Shown piece after piece: positions 57,284 through 58,079 of a DNA stretch of 58,079 nt. A program made the translations under genes and the position numbers. The notes under the pieces are model-generated. The model was given only the letters and a program-made list of their open reading frames with translations. It was not told the origin of the DNA and did no database searches. The number at the start of each line of letters is the position of its first letter. Position 1 is the stretch's first letter. The stretch lies in sequence record SRR22947725_2610, one strand, 5' to 3'.

Positions 57284-58079
57284 ATGAAAATGATGAAGAA
57301 AACAGCTATTGCAGCTATTGTAGCGTTGTCTGCTTCTATGACAACATACGCTGAAAAAGTGAATATTGGCGATCCAGGCTGGACAGGTGCAACAGCTATT
57401 GCAAACCTTTTATCTGCAGTTATTACTGACAAAATGGGTGGAGAAGTTGAGCTGGTCCCAGGCAACAATACTGCCATTTATGGAGCAATTGATAGAAGCA
57501 AGGGTGAGATTGAAGTTCATCCAGATGTCTGGTTACCTAACCAGCAAGCATATACAAATGATCTAGTTCCTAAGGGCACTCTTAAATTAAGCTCTAAGAG
57601 TTACGAAGGAAACCAAGGTTATTGCGTGTCGCAGGCATTCGCTGCAGAAATGGATATTACATCTATCTTTGACTTAGGGCGTCCTGAGGTTGTCGCTGCA
57701 ATGGATAGTGACGGTAATGGTAAAGGTGAATTTTGGATTGGTGCTGATGGCTGGGCCTCTGCTAATGTAAACGAAGTTAAGGTCAGAGACTATAAGCTTC
57801 TCGATGCAGGTATTGAGCCAGTTAGAGCTGCTGAAGCAGTTAAAAATGCACGCGTTCTAGACTCAATTAAAAAGGGTGAAGGTTATGCATTCTATTGCTA
57901 TAAGCCACACGCTATTTGGGGAATGGCTGATGTAGTAATGCTTACTGAGCCAACTCATGACCCAGCTGCATACAAGATGGTTCAACCTAAAGAAGATGCA
58001 GATTGGTATAAAAACTCTTATGTAGCTTCTAAAGATGCTTTAAAGAATATTCAAATTGGTTGGGGAACTTCATTAGAAG
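57284..58079 (+). CDS. glycine betaine/proline-family (ProX/OpuAC) ABC substrate-binding protein, truncated by window end; not in ORF track
   Basis: GAGGAG RBS; MKMMKKTAIAAIVALSASMTTYAEKVNIGDPGWTG...HPDVWLPNQ...DSDGNGKGEFWIGADGWAS...FYCYKPH; no stop before 58079. Confidence 0.88.
   Translation, partial: MKMMKKTAIAAIVALSASMTTYAEKVNIGDPGWTGATAIANLLSAVITDKMGGEVELVPGNNTAIYGAIDRSKGEIEVHPDVWLPNQQAYTNDLVPKGTLKLSSKSYEGNQGYCVSQAFAAEMDITSIFDLGRPEVVAAMDSDGNGKGEFWIGADGWASANVNEVKVRDYKLLDAGIEPVRAAEAVKNARVLDSIKKGEGYAFYCYKPHAIWGMADVVMLTEPTHDPAAYKMVQPKEDADWYKNSYVASKDALKNIQIGWGTSLE

Noticed and set aside
57262-57566. Two short track ORFs (57262-57477 minus, 57366-57566 plus)
   Set aside because: Shadows of the binding-protein gene starting at 57284.
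1-58079. CRISPR array, rRNA, transposase or anti-phage defence operon
   Set aside because: No regularly spaced repeats or matching proteins seen; GIY-YIG, SNase and Nudix genes are solitary common types.

Overview
AT-rich, densely packed bacterial chromosome segment. Gene content and order (dadA-alr, glyA-nrdR-radA, pheA-hisC-tyrA-aroA-lepB, etfBA-ETF-QO, creBC, tRNA-Arg(CCG)) point to a streamlined marine gammaproteobacterium, plausibly SUP05/Pseudothioglobus-like (inference only). Housekeeping blocks alternate with scavenging modules: nucleoside salvage (udp, ushA, psuK, psuG), a GntR/TTT/SauS-SauT/pta organosulfonate locus, a cobalamin riboswitch-btuB-cobO unit and a betaine-family binding protein cut by the window end. 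No integrase, transposase, CRISPR array or rRNA was seen. Two signals stand out. (1) A ~270-nt unannotated, highly structured RNA candidate (30167-30436) lies divergent from creBC. It is preceded by four 11-bp-phased direct repeats, ends in an intrinsic terminator, and its loops display anti-Shine-Dalgarno-like C/U sequences. (2) A single 969-aa polypeptide fuses an acylating SauS-type aldehyde dehydrogenase to a SauT-type CoA ligase, under a promoter with twin palindromic operators. Several sub-60-aa ORFs missed by the ORF track were translated by hand. All calls are from motif recognition by eye; no searches or folding programs were run.
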